From assembly GCA_964057225.1 (NCBI GenBank), contig OZ059894.1:15252001-15316000 (forward strand): a DNA stretch of 64,000 bases, read 5' to 3'. This document shows, in pieces, positions 52,501-64,000 of this stretch. How positions within the stretch are numbered: position 1 is the stretch's first letter; each line of letters starts with the position of its first letter. The notes under the pieces are model-generated. The model saw nothing but the letters and a program-made list of their open reading frames with translations, had not been told where the DNA came from and ran no database searches. The DNA comes from Auanema rhodensis (Eukaryota; Animalia; Nematoda). Made by a program: the position numbers and the translations under genes.

Positions 52501-55500
52501 AAAACTTTTATTGTATAAGCATAAATAATAAAGTTAAAAGTATAAAACATTTATTGAAGTTTAAATTTTTATAAAATATTCAACCAAATTTATTTCAAAA
52601 AAAGTTTTATGTCGAGTACTTGTATCATGAAATTGTTGTTTTGTTACAATTAATTTAAGCTTTTCAAGTTCTAACCTAGTTTTACTCTAAATAATTATGG
52701 AATTTAGGTTTGTAGATCTGTTTTGATAAGCCAAATAAAGGAAAAATAAAAGAAATTTCCGATCTTTAGTCGAAAAGCTGGGTTTGTATGACTAGATGGA
52801 TGATTTCCATGATACATCATGATGAGAGAAGTAGAAGGATAGATTTTTCCTTTGGGGAAAGTAAGTTAAGACTGGTAAAAGCAAAACTAAACTACATGCT
52901 GATAACCTCGAGAGAGTAATTTTCAAGCTTTATATAAGATCTCTGAGTAAGCCGATAGTAAAGGATAACATAGTGTAGGAGTACTTTCCTGACCATATTG
53001 TTTCTTATGACTCAAGACTTCAAAGATACTCAGCTCTTCTATTTTTTAGGCTTCAAAATAAAGAAGAAAATGCATGACTAGTTCTTGGTAATATTTATTC
53101 TGAAAGTGAAATTTCAAATAAGTACTTGATATGTGTATAATATTATATATATGATAACATATATAGCTGGAGGGGGTTAAACTTCATTTTCATGAAAACG
53201 AAATAACAAATATCTTCGTTTTAAACGTTCTTGCAAGATTATGAAGTTCAAAATGTGGCTTCAACAATGATATAAACATGATTAGAGAGACTGACTAGAG
53301 CTACACAAGGGACTAGACGTAACAGCTGGGAGCAAAAGGTGCGAACAGACTGAAACGACTTGAAATAAGAATTCATCTCGAAAAATACGAAAAGATGAAA
53401 CGAGAAAAAGAGAGAAAGAGAGGGAAGAGAATCAAAGAGTTTATGTCTACTTGTGTTGAAAAATCAACGAATGACAGATGTCAATATTAAGAGACATCAA
53501 ACCACAGGCTTTTTTTTCTTTTCATTTTTTTCTAATTAAGAATCATTAGTACGAAGAAGATGGATTTGGAGTGATGATTTGAGAATCAGTGGCAGATGAT
53601 ATATGAATGTTTGATGATAGATAGATGTGGATCTATGAGCTCTGAAAGTTACATCACTCACTTGATTCCAGACTTCTTCATATACATAGTCGGAAAAAAT
53701 ACATACATATCTCTATCTTGGGAAGGGAGAGGATATTCAAAAGATTATTAAGATTGATAAAGTTTGAAAAGCACATAGTGATCAAAGAAGTGGAAAACGA
53801 TCAAATGGTTGGGAATAACTGAGTGAATAGGGCAGACGAGTAGGAAGTAGGAAAAGTAGAAGAAGAAGGGGAGGAGGAGCAGGGGAGAAGGAGGGGAAGA
53901 ATAAGAAGATGGCAGAGAATTTAGAGAATAAATGGAAGATGAAACGGAATAGGAAAGCCTTCAGTGCTTTTAGGATACGGAGGACATAAATTATCCAAAA
54001 TATACGGAAGCTTACAACCTGAATATCAAGAACAAATCGGAAGAATAATCAGGAGATGATGAGAATGACCATGAGAAGCTCGAAAGCTATAACTGAATAA
54101 CGAGAGTAAATGCTTCTCATGGCTGAGAAGATTCGTTAGATAGATAGAAAAAGAGAATAATGCTGGATGAGGTTGTTAAGTTCTATCAGTAATGCATTAA
54201 CTGGCTCATTTTGGAAGCCAGTTGTGATGCCATATATGACTACCATTCTGAACGTCACAAGGCAGTTTAAGCTAAAGCTCAAGCTTTCTAGTGCGCTTAA
54301 AACATTTCAGATTGATCTCTGGTTTAGGCTAAGTTAAACCTTTTAAATTAAGTCGAAGTACAAATATAGGTTTTGAGAAGGATGATTTACAAATTGAAAT
54401 TTCTCGTCATCATCTCATATAATCGATGTTCTTATGCCAAGAGGAAGTCTTCAGAATTTATCCGGATGTACAAGAGTATCGCTAAAATGAAAAACACTAA
54501 GGATATGAGTTATGATTTGATTTTTTTGTTTTGATTTTGACATTCATACACATAATATGACCTTGTAATAGCTTATATGTTTAGTTATTATTATTAAATA
54601 ATAATTATAATTTAATTTTTATCCAAATTCTCAGAGCATATCACGTACACATGAAGAGTTTTTAAGGAATATTTATTATTTTTCTGTTTAAAAAAAATCA
54701 AAAAATAACAAGTTTATTTCCACAACTTTGATGATAATAATAATAAAGATTAAAAATATTTTTTTCAAGATTTATTTAAAAGCAAATGTATGTATACAAG
54801 AGAAAAAATAACAAGAGAGAGAGAGAAAAATAGAGAGAGAGAGGGAAGAGTTAAAATTTCTTATAAACATACTGCATACATATAAACGCAATCCATCCAT
54901 TTATCTATATTTAATTCTATTATTCTTATTATGTTTTAATAATATCTTTCTAAACATATGTATATAATATGAAATTATTTCTATATCTAACGTAATTTTA
55001 ATATTGTAGAATGTTAATAATCAAAAGTAAATCTAAAAAAAAAACTTTGACGCATATTTTGACAGAAACAAAGTATATGATAGATCTATTATGTTGCTAA
55101 AAAAGATAGATAGATATATAGATATGTATATGCATGTATATAACATTCATACATCTTTACTCATATGTATGTATCTGCTATTGAACTTACTACAAAACAA
55201 GTCATTACATCTTTAACTATATGTATGTTTCGTATTTTTTTAAAGCTCATATCGGATTTTGGTTCCTCATTAGAACGCCTACTTCTTTCAATCTTTTTCT
55301 TTTTTTTTTTCCATTTTTTCACTTTTGAACTTGTTACACAAATTTTAACCATTGAGCTATAAGCAATAATATAAGTTATATAATTATAATGGTCAAAAAA
55401 AATTGAGATGAGTATTAAGAATAAAATATTAAAAATCATGTAAATAGATATGTAAAAGATTTTTTTTTCTATTAATTGAATGCATTTTCATTACAATTAT

Positions 55501-57804
55501 TCTTTTTTCAATATAATTATAAGGTTGATTTATATTTGATTGAAAGACAAAAAAAAAAGAAACGCTTTCAAATATGTTCATGATGGAATAGTATTGGCAA
55601 ATTAGAAAAAAGTACACGAAAAGCTATTTATAAAATTAAAATAGAAAGTTTTAAATCTTGAATTAACATGTAAATTTTACTATAAAAATGTTTTGTATCA
55701 AAAAAATTAAAGAATAAAACTTCATTAGTAAGAAAGTTAAATTGAACTTTCAGTGTCTATAGTCGATTAAAGTTACTAGTACTACCCTCATCCAGCATAT
55801 CTGTGTTTAGTAAAACTAAATGATTCGAATTGTGGAAAAAAGGAAAGCGGGCTAAGGATCTGTTGAAGAAAAAAAGTTAAACTGGATTTTGAGCTTGAAA
55901 GCAAGAAAAGAAAGCTGAAAGACGTGATGTAAGTTTCCCTCCTACTCTTTCTCTCTCTCTCTCTTTTATTTAGTGTCTCCCTCCCTCTCTCTCTATCCAT
56001 TTATCTACCTCTCTCATTCCATTCCTCTATTTGTTGTGGGTCACTGAAAAATAGTTCACATGTACATAATTACATTTGTTGGCTTGTAATGAGACGTTCC
56101 TTCCTTGTGGTTTTCTTGTAAGAAATTTTCTAACAAGGTAGAGAGAATAGAATAGTGACGGAGGGTAAAAGAGATAAAGAGAGATAGAATAGAAATAAAT
56201 GAAATACTATGAGGTAGTGAAGAGTAATGTTTGATGGAAAGAGGATCTTTTCAGGTTGCAAAATAGATGACGAGATATGTATGGAACATATGTTCATAGA
56301 TATAACATAACATGTATGTATAAGTATATATATATATATATATTTGAACAATACAAATTGGGGAAATAACACATCCAAAATTTTTGAAAGTTTCAACTTA
56401 AATTTGGCTAATTATAATTGATTTCCTTATCCTCATTATTACTTGTTCAAGCTGGTGCTTTATGCCTGTTTTCACGTTGGTTGAACATGAAAATAAGCTT
56501 TAAGAATGTTGCACAGAAAATCTTACCCATTCTTGAAACTGGTAAAGAAGGAACTTTTTTTGAATCAGCCGTAATAACAATACTAAGAAAGATCGCTAAT
56601 ATGATATAGTCGCAAGGGTTCAGGCTGAATAAAAAGTTGAAATATTATTCCTTTCATAGATTAATGTGAGCAAATTTCATTCAAAAATACTTCTATTGGA
56701 TGAAAAGAAAATTTTATGACTTTTGAAGCTTTTCACTTTCACAATTGATTTTCTTTAATAGCAGAATTGAACTCAGAAGATGGATCAAACGGAAAGTTGA
56801 AAAGAACGTAATTCTTGTGAAATGGTTAAAGGGGAGCCGAAATGGAAATGAGTATAAATAAGACTGAATAACATATAGAAACGTAGAATGAAGTAAGTGA
56901 GACAGCATGACAGCATTAAGTGAATATGTCATCTAGTGTTGTTTCTAAAAAAAACTTAAACACGTTTGCCTTTTCACTGCAAAAACAATGCTTTGAGAAT
57001 AAATAATAGTACGATAAACGCAGTAAGTTCTATACTATATATTTTAGAATTATAGCAAATCGTAAGTAAAGTTTTGAGTTTTTATTTTGAAATTGGAGGG
57101 CATTTTTCCGAATTCACAATTCAAGATCAAGATAAAATTGTGTGTTTAATCTTCGAATCTCAGTGCAAGATAGAAGAGTTTAGTCTGCCTCATAACTCTT
57201 GAATGGGCATTCAAACTTGAAGTTGATGAGATAGCGTTTTGCAGATTAATAGAATAGCATCCTTGATCATAAATCCCTTGTAGTTTTCATGTTGTTGAGC
57301 ACACACATCATGAAAAATCAAAAAAAAAAGAAAGCAGTCCTTTTTGACAAGAGAAACATACGGAAAGCGTTCTGCATCAAGTAGTAATTCTAGGATATTC
57401 AAAGTAACTTCAAAGTTTATTAGCTTCAGCAGATGAAGAAGATTACGTCAGATTCAATTCATTTCTTTTTCTCAAGAGAAGATGAGACAAGTGCTGCCAC
57501 CCAGACAATTGACCTGCCGTCTCATTCGAACAAATGGTCAATTTGTAAGTTCTATTGAGTTCGTAATCATCAACATGATTATATAGCAATCTGCATTCAC
57601 GTAGCATGAATATAAGTAATTGTGCCCAATGGAATTGAAATAAATAAGATTTATTTATAAAATAGATTCTAAAACGAAGCGTTGAGCGCATCGAAACCCG
57701 AACATTGGAAAATATTCTAAGTTCAATTAAAGACCCTTATAAGAATCACCGAAATCATAAAATGTACACAAAATTGTAAAAAAAAGTAAAATATCATCAG
57801 AATG

Positions 57805-60800
57805 TCAAGGCGAGATTGTGTCAGAGTTATTCTCTGTAATTTTGATCACTTTACCACGATCAAGTTCAACAACAATGTCATATACAGAAAGATTGGAAGT
57901 ATTATGTACAATAGAAAGAACTGTTGCATGTGAAAAATGCTTTAAAATTGATGAAATCATTGCTTGATGAGCATTGGCATCTAAGTGAGAAGTTGCTTCA
58001 TCTATTAACACAAACTGAAACACGAGCAAGCTGAATCTAAGTTATACTATTCAACAAAAATACCTTCGGTTCTGTTAGCAGTATACGGCAAATTGAAATC
58101 ACTTGCTTCTCTCCGAATGACAGATTTTTTCCTCCTTCTTCTATCATTCCATCTAGGCTTCCAATTCGATGCAATAAGGAATCTTTAAATGTTCAGTTGA
58201 TACGATATCGAACAACCACATCCTACCTAATGAACTAACAGCTGTAAGTAACGAGGTCACACGACTTCGCTCTACATCTGGACAACCAACAGTTAAGTTT
58301 TCAAAAAGAGTTCCACTAAACTCAATAAATTAGCCGTTTTAATAATAGTGAGAAAAAAAACCTGAAAATGAATGGGTGTTGTGGAATAATTCCGAATATT
58401 GTTCTAAGCTGAGTGAATGGTATTGTCCGAATATCTGTATCATCAATCATAACAGTTCCAGATTCAAATCGGACAGTCCGGAGCAAAGTCTAAAACCAAA
58501 ACCGAATCATTTTTGTCTCTCTAAATGGCACTACTTGAAATATGGTACTTTTTCCGCTTCCTGTTCGGCCAATTATAGCGACTTTTTTGCCAGGCTCAAT
58601 TTTCAAGCTGAAATCATCTAAGGCTAATGGGGATCCTCGTTCATAACGGAGCGACACTGAATCGAAGGTTATTTGGCCATTAACACTACTCAGTTTCTAG
58701 GAATTGTAAATCAGAGAAATAGCTGCAAAAACACTAACTTTGGTTCCTTCTTCATCTTCTTCCTCAGGAACTTCATTGATGTATTCTTCAATTCGTTCAA
58801 CAGACACCATTTCCTAATATTCATAAATTATATTACCAACACTCTAAAGGGGGAATACCTTTTCTGTTTCAATGAATGAGCCTAGCAGGCCATTCAGCAA
58901 GCTTGTCATGGATAAAGCATACGTGATTGCGAGTCCGACCAAGCCTGAAATTAAATAAACTTCGTGTAGGCAAAAAGGAACTGAGAGGACTGAGAATTTG
59001 AGTTAAAAGAAAAAAATCACCAACCTGAATCGACGCCAGTAAGCCTATGTTGAAGAATAGCAGCTACAGATATTCCAGCAACAACAACCACAGCAATCAG
59101 AGAAAGTCTGATAGCCAACCATTGACTGGCTGCAAGTGAGGAAAATTGTGCTCGGATATTAGCTGTTAAATTCATTCTCATCAAGTGTGTGAATCTAAAA
59201 AAAATATATGAACGATGAAAAACGAAAAAATCAAACCTCTCTGTGAGACGTTGAGATCTGATTGTGACTAGACCATTTACCGTATCGGTAAGATGCGAAT
59301 AGAACGGAGACAAACTTAAAGAAGTTATTCGTTTTAGTTCAACAGTAGTTAACCTGTGAAATATTGCAGATTATATAAAATAAATAAGATAAAATAGACT
59401 ACCGATAATATTTTTGTATGAAGAAGTAAACAAAGAATAGGATAACCAAGAGAACAATTAGTGAAGGAAGTCCCATCAAAGATATTGTCAAGGCACCAAT
59501 CAGATTGAAAAGAGATGCCAGTAAAATATTGAACTAGAAAAAGTACTCATAATGTACAAAACAAACGGATGTTAAATAAACGAGAGAGAAAAATATATAT
59601 GCTATACCTGGAAGGGTAAGTTGTCATCTACAGTATATACATCAGCACATAATCTATTTATAACACGTCCTGCTGGAGTACGATCCCACCAAGAAGTCGA
59701 TGCCTGAAGAATAATTTGTAACTGAATTATCATGATACAGTATCAACCAGCAAAAGCTTATGGAGAAGATTTTTATGCAAAGTTTTCGCTGCAACAATTC
59801 CACCGTATGCAAACAGATAAGCTCGAATTAATGTGAAAAGTGTGTTTGCAGCAGCAATGCAACCATATACCACCAAGAAGTACACGGATCTATCCCACTC
59901 TGGTCCTTCCAAATACCTTGAGAGAAATTATAGTAAAAAAAAACGTTTTCGATCAACATACGTGGGCTCTCTAGGTCCCATCAGAAAACTGGATACTGTA
60001 GCTGGATCGGTAAAATTTGATTGTGTTTCAGTCCATCTGAACATCAAAGATTAATGAACGAATGATGAGTCTCACACACTTGCTTAACCACCAATCTGCA
60101 CCATTTTTAGAAACCTGCATCAAAAATAGAGATATTACAATGAAGACAGATAATATAGGTCCAGTCGCATAAGCATAAGCTCCATAGATATTGGCTTTAA
60201 CAGTTCCCGTCTAAATTTCTTCTCATTAAATCCTCAATCCATTATCTATAGATATTGCAACCTGTTTTTCCTCATCTTGTTGAACTACTCTTTCTAGACT
60301 AATTGGATTGTCTTCAGATTCAAATGTATCAGTTAGGAAAACTTTGTCATGGTCTGGTAAAACTTCTTTAGGAGATCCTAAAGCTCAGTGGTTTGAAATC
60401 TACAAATATAATTGAATTTAACCTTTCTTGATTATAGACCCCTCTTTGTTTACAACAAGAATTTCATTTGCTCGAGAAAGCAGAGAGATATCATGAGTAG
60501 CTACGATAATAAGTTTTCCTTTCTCACGCAGCATCTCGAGTGCCTGTGAAAAGATAAAGAAATTAGAACAGTCGATATTTATATTATACCTTAACCCAAA
60601 TGGTATCTGCAACCTTACGATCCAATGAAGCAAAAGGCTCATCAAGAATGTATACTGTATTATTCTAAAAACACAATTCTGTATCATTCTAAATATATAT
60701 AATACTAAATTATAGTACTAAAATTCAAAATTTCCTTATATAGGGTCAGAATTTAATAGTTATGTTTGAAATCATTATTTTTCTTAGAGATTCCCAACTA

Positions 60801-63800
60801 AACTTCATCACACCCACAAACAAAATGACATCTACAGATTGGTATCAAATGTGCGCCGTATCTCTTATGGGTTTTCATAGGCTATATAAAAGAACTGCGA
60901 CGATGTTTGACAATGGTGGGAGTATCAATTGATAATAATTTTAAATTTATACCCAAAGATAAAAATTAATTCCGAAAAAGTTTTATAGGATACTTACCTG
61001 ATAAAAAGTACGAGCAAGAGCAACTCTAGTTCTTTGGCCACCGCTTAAACTGGCACCATTATCAGAAATTTCGTAAGAATCGCCTCCGGGCATTAGCTGA
61101 AACGAATTATTGATAAAATTTGCTTATGCTGGAAAACACACCATTATATCGTGCTGTAGACAAGTTATCTCTAGAACTGTTTTATACCATTTTTCATCAA
61201 ATGGCTTTCCGGCAAGAATGTTATCTCTGATAGTTCCTAAGTTGAATATGGTTAAACCCAGATCTAATAGACCATAAACCTCTACAAAGCCACCTCTCTT
61301 GTCCTAAATAGCCAAAACCATCTGCAACACTGTCTTGAGAAATACGTATATACTCGGATTGACTCCTTGTTTCGCCTAGTAAACCTGAAAAGTTACATGT
61401 TGACTATCAGATATGTGGTGTATGTTACCAAGAAGAAGAGTAGTTTTTCCGCTTCCGACATCTCCAGATATTCCAATAATGTTTCCCTTAAATCACTTTC
61501 AGATAAAATTAAATAATTTCGTTTCGTACTGTTTTTCCAGTAAAAGATACTCCAGTTACAGAACTAGAACTGCTAGATGTCCAGTAGAATTCTCCAGATC
61601 GAACAGAGAGTAGTTTCTCTCTTTCTACAAATTCACTTTAATCTAGAAATGATCATATACATACCATGCTCTAAGTTGTAAATTTTTCGAATATCAATTA
61701 CATCAAGACGGAAAAACCATTCTAATCGTTTTAATGAAACAACAGCTTCAATTAAACCATTTATAACCCATGGAAATGCATTCAAAGGCATAATCAAAAT
61801 ATTAACTAAAGCAAGAGCAGTAAAAACCTGAAATACAACGCCTGAGATGAAATAGAACAATAATGTTCGTACCTTAGCTGCAGTTAATTGTTCATTCAAT
61901 ACAAGAGTGTAAGTATTGAGGATTGATACTGTTATGAGAAGAGGAGCAGATGCCCACAAGTAAACACAAAGAGCATCCAGATACTTCCGTACCTAAAAAG
62001 ATATAATATACAGAAATTACATTTAACAAATTCCAAACCTTAAGGAAATACAACTCTTCTTTTCTCAATTCTCCGATTTTGCGTTCAAAGTTTTTTTCCC
62101 AACCGGACATTTTAACAGTTCGAATACCAACGACCATCTCAGAAGTAAGCTATAGATAATACATTAGAAAATAACTCATAAAAAGTAAAACAAACCTTAA
62201 TTCTCTGGTCCTTTGCATGCATTAACTTTTCAGACATTTCACCAATTTTATTAGTAATACATTTATTAATTGGAACCAAAATAATAGCAGCTACAACGCC
62301 AGAAATAAATGCAAGCCCAATCTGTAAAACTTGGATTTGAAGCATGAAGCATACAATATACACTAACCTCTCGATAAAGAAGATATAAAGCTACACACAT
62401 TTGAACAGGTAAACTCCAGAAAGAATGAAATGAATTGAAAAAATTAACTATTCTATCAACATCGGTTGAAACAAAGTTTATAATTTTGCCTAGAAGTAGT
62501 GAAATTAAGCGATTATGTGTAAACTAACAGTTAAAACCTGAAGAAAACTTCGAAACTTCATACATTGGTACACCCATTAAACGATCATATATGGAAGTTA
62601 CAGTTGCTGCTCGAACTCTATAGAACATTTAATAAAGAAAATAAAAATGTACTAACCTAAGACTAATTTTTTGAACATAGTAATTAAAATTATTCGATGT
62701 AATTGCTGCCAAGAATGAGGTAAGCACCATTAGTCCAGCAAATAAAAAGCATTCTCTCTTAAAGCAAATGTAATTTTCAATAATCATATCAATACTTACG
62801 TATGAGTCTTGACTTTCTAAAGCTACAACTAAAAGATGAAGTAAAACGGGACCACCAAATGTGAAAATATCAGAAGCCAATCTTAATATACCAAGGGACA
62901 CAAAATATAAACCAAAAGTATGATAAAGTGACCTAGAATTATTCTTTAAAAAATGAAGAAACATTAAAGGTTCAACTTACATTTTTAGTGAGTAAGGTTG
63001 AGCATCAGAATATAAAGTTGGAGAGTTTTCTATGAACTCTCTTTCTACAGTAGCGATTTGAAGAGATGGTGGTAAATTGAACAAATCATTTAACTTAAAA
63101 CAATAATTTTGTATAAAGATGCTGATAATATAATAACCGAGTTCAATTGTTTACGTCCTCCTTTTTTGATTAACTCGTTTGTCCAGCAAAAGAATATTTT
63201 AGAAAACAAGCCAGCATCTTCATCTGCATCCTCATTTAAATGTATATAACTATCCAACGGTTGATGATTATTAGACCTTCTTAAATGAATATCCTGTTTT
63301 ATGTTCAGTGCTCTTTGACTCTACCTATGAACGAAGAATTCAATTATATTTGCTAATATGAAAAACGCATGTATAACTGATATCACCAAGAATGACAAGG
63401 TTCTCGGGTCCCGAAATCCATATAAAATCCAACGATTGGCGAATATCTCATGAAAAACTTTGGAACCAAAAAAAGTGGTGATATGTAACATCTTTGAGCG
63501 TGTCCAACTGTAATTTTCCAATTTCACTATTCAGCATGAATGAAAATTGAATTCATTTGAATTTGTCGAAGCGTATCGAACGACAGTAATCATGTGCTTG
63601 CAATATAGCTTACCTGTTATATTGTACAGACTTTAACCAAAGAAAAGAGAAAGCTATCCAAACAACAGAAATAACTCCGTATTCAATCAGTTGAATCAAT
63701 TTCAGTTGATATGAAGTAAATATTGAGAAAAGTAAGGCAGCTATCAATAGTAATGAGCATAATGCACAAGCGACTGTTTTCAATATGAATAATCCCCGAA

Positions 63801-64000
63801 CACTTTTTCTTGTATAACGAGGGTATGTGCCCTATAAGTTAGTCATCATGATTTTCTTTATGAAATACTTTACCGAAACCCGTAGTAAACTGTAGATAAT
63901 ACATAGAAGAAGAGGAATTGATTCACTAACAACTGCACCGAATTCAGCACAAGGTGTTAATGTCATAGTATCTTCATCAATAATATATTTGGAATGGAAT
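57805..64000 (-). CDS. ABCC10: ABC transporter subfamily C, ABCC10/MRP7 orthologue (5' end just beyond the window)
   Basis: ABCC10-type segments YLDALCVYLWASAPLLI...QLTAAKVFTALALVNILIMPLNAFPWVINGLIEAVVSLKRL and DDNLPFQFNILLAS; NBD1 GDVGSGKT/LSGGQ/ILDEP; NBD2 GRTGSGKS/LSFGE/LIDEAT; TMD0-like start (TLTPC) still open at the window edge. Confidence 0.92.
60743..60815 (-). ncRNA. Intronic box C/D snoRNA, U79/SNORD79-like
   Basis: Minus strand GGG-T-GTGATGA(C box)-agtttagt-TGGGAATCTC-T-AAGA(D')-aaaata-ATGATTT(C')-caaacataactattaaatt-CTGA(D)-CCC. Terminal GGG/CCC stem in K-turn register; the 10-nt guide is complementary to conserved LSU rRNA GAGAUUCCCA; sense to the host gene in its longest intron. 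Confidence 0.8.

Noticed and set aside
56210-56270. let-7-family seed TGAGGTAG
   Set aside because: No complementary arm to form a pre-miRNA hairpin
57211-57691. Short minus-strand ORFs downstream of the ABCC10 stop, and an ATGAGAC/GTCTCAT inverted repeat
   Set aside because: They cannot be spliced into a credible gene, and the stem is only 7 bp
1-64000. Prokaryotic systems (CRISPR, defence operons) or an alternative genetic code
   Set aside because: All genes are intron-rich and translate cleanly in the standard code; no repeat-spacer arrays were seen

Overview
Eukaryotic, very AT-rich genomic DNA from a nematode. Evidence: many 40-70 nt GT-AG introns with TTTCAG-type acceptors, and nematode-specific gene families (Srx chemoreceptors, TTR-52-like transthyretin-related proteins, gpa-3). 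The supplied ORF track only catches exon fragments, so I spliced the genes by hand. I can support 15 protein-coding genes: a ~568 aa 12-TM protein resembling a Dispatched/RND core without its extracellular domains; a small PH-like protein; a secreted PLAT-like protein; an NRF-6/acyltransferase-3; a triple three-finger (Ly6-like) GPI-type protein; a tail-anchored orphan; two Srx GPCRs flanking a secreted metallo-beta-lactamase-fold protein that has lost its metal ligands; a secreted Q/Y/P-rich protein; gpa-3; two tandem transthyretin-like genes; an anion-selective Cys-loop channel; and ABCC10/MRP7, whose 5' end runs off the window. One ABCC10 intron holds a U79/SNORD79-like box C/D snoRNA. Long gene-free stretches lie upstream of gpa-3 (~31-38 kb) and of the channel (~46.5-57.8 kb). 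No CRISPR array, rRNA, tRNA or intact transposon was seen. All family assignments come from motif recognition, not database searches.
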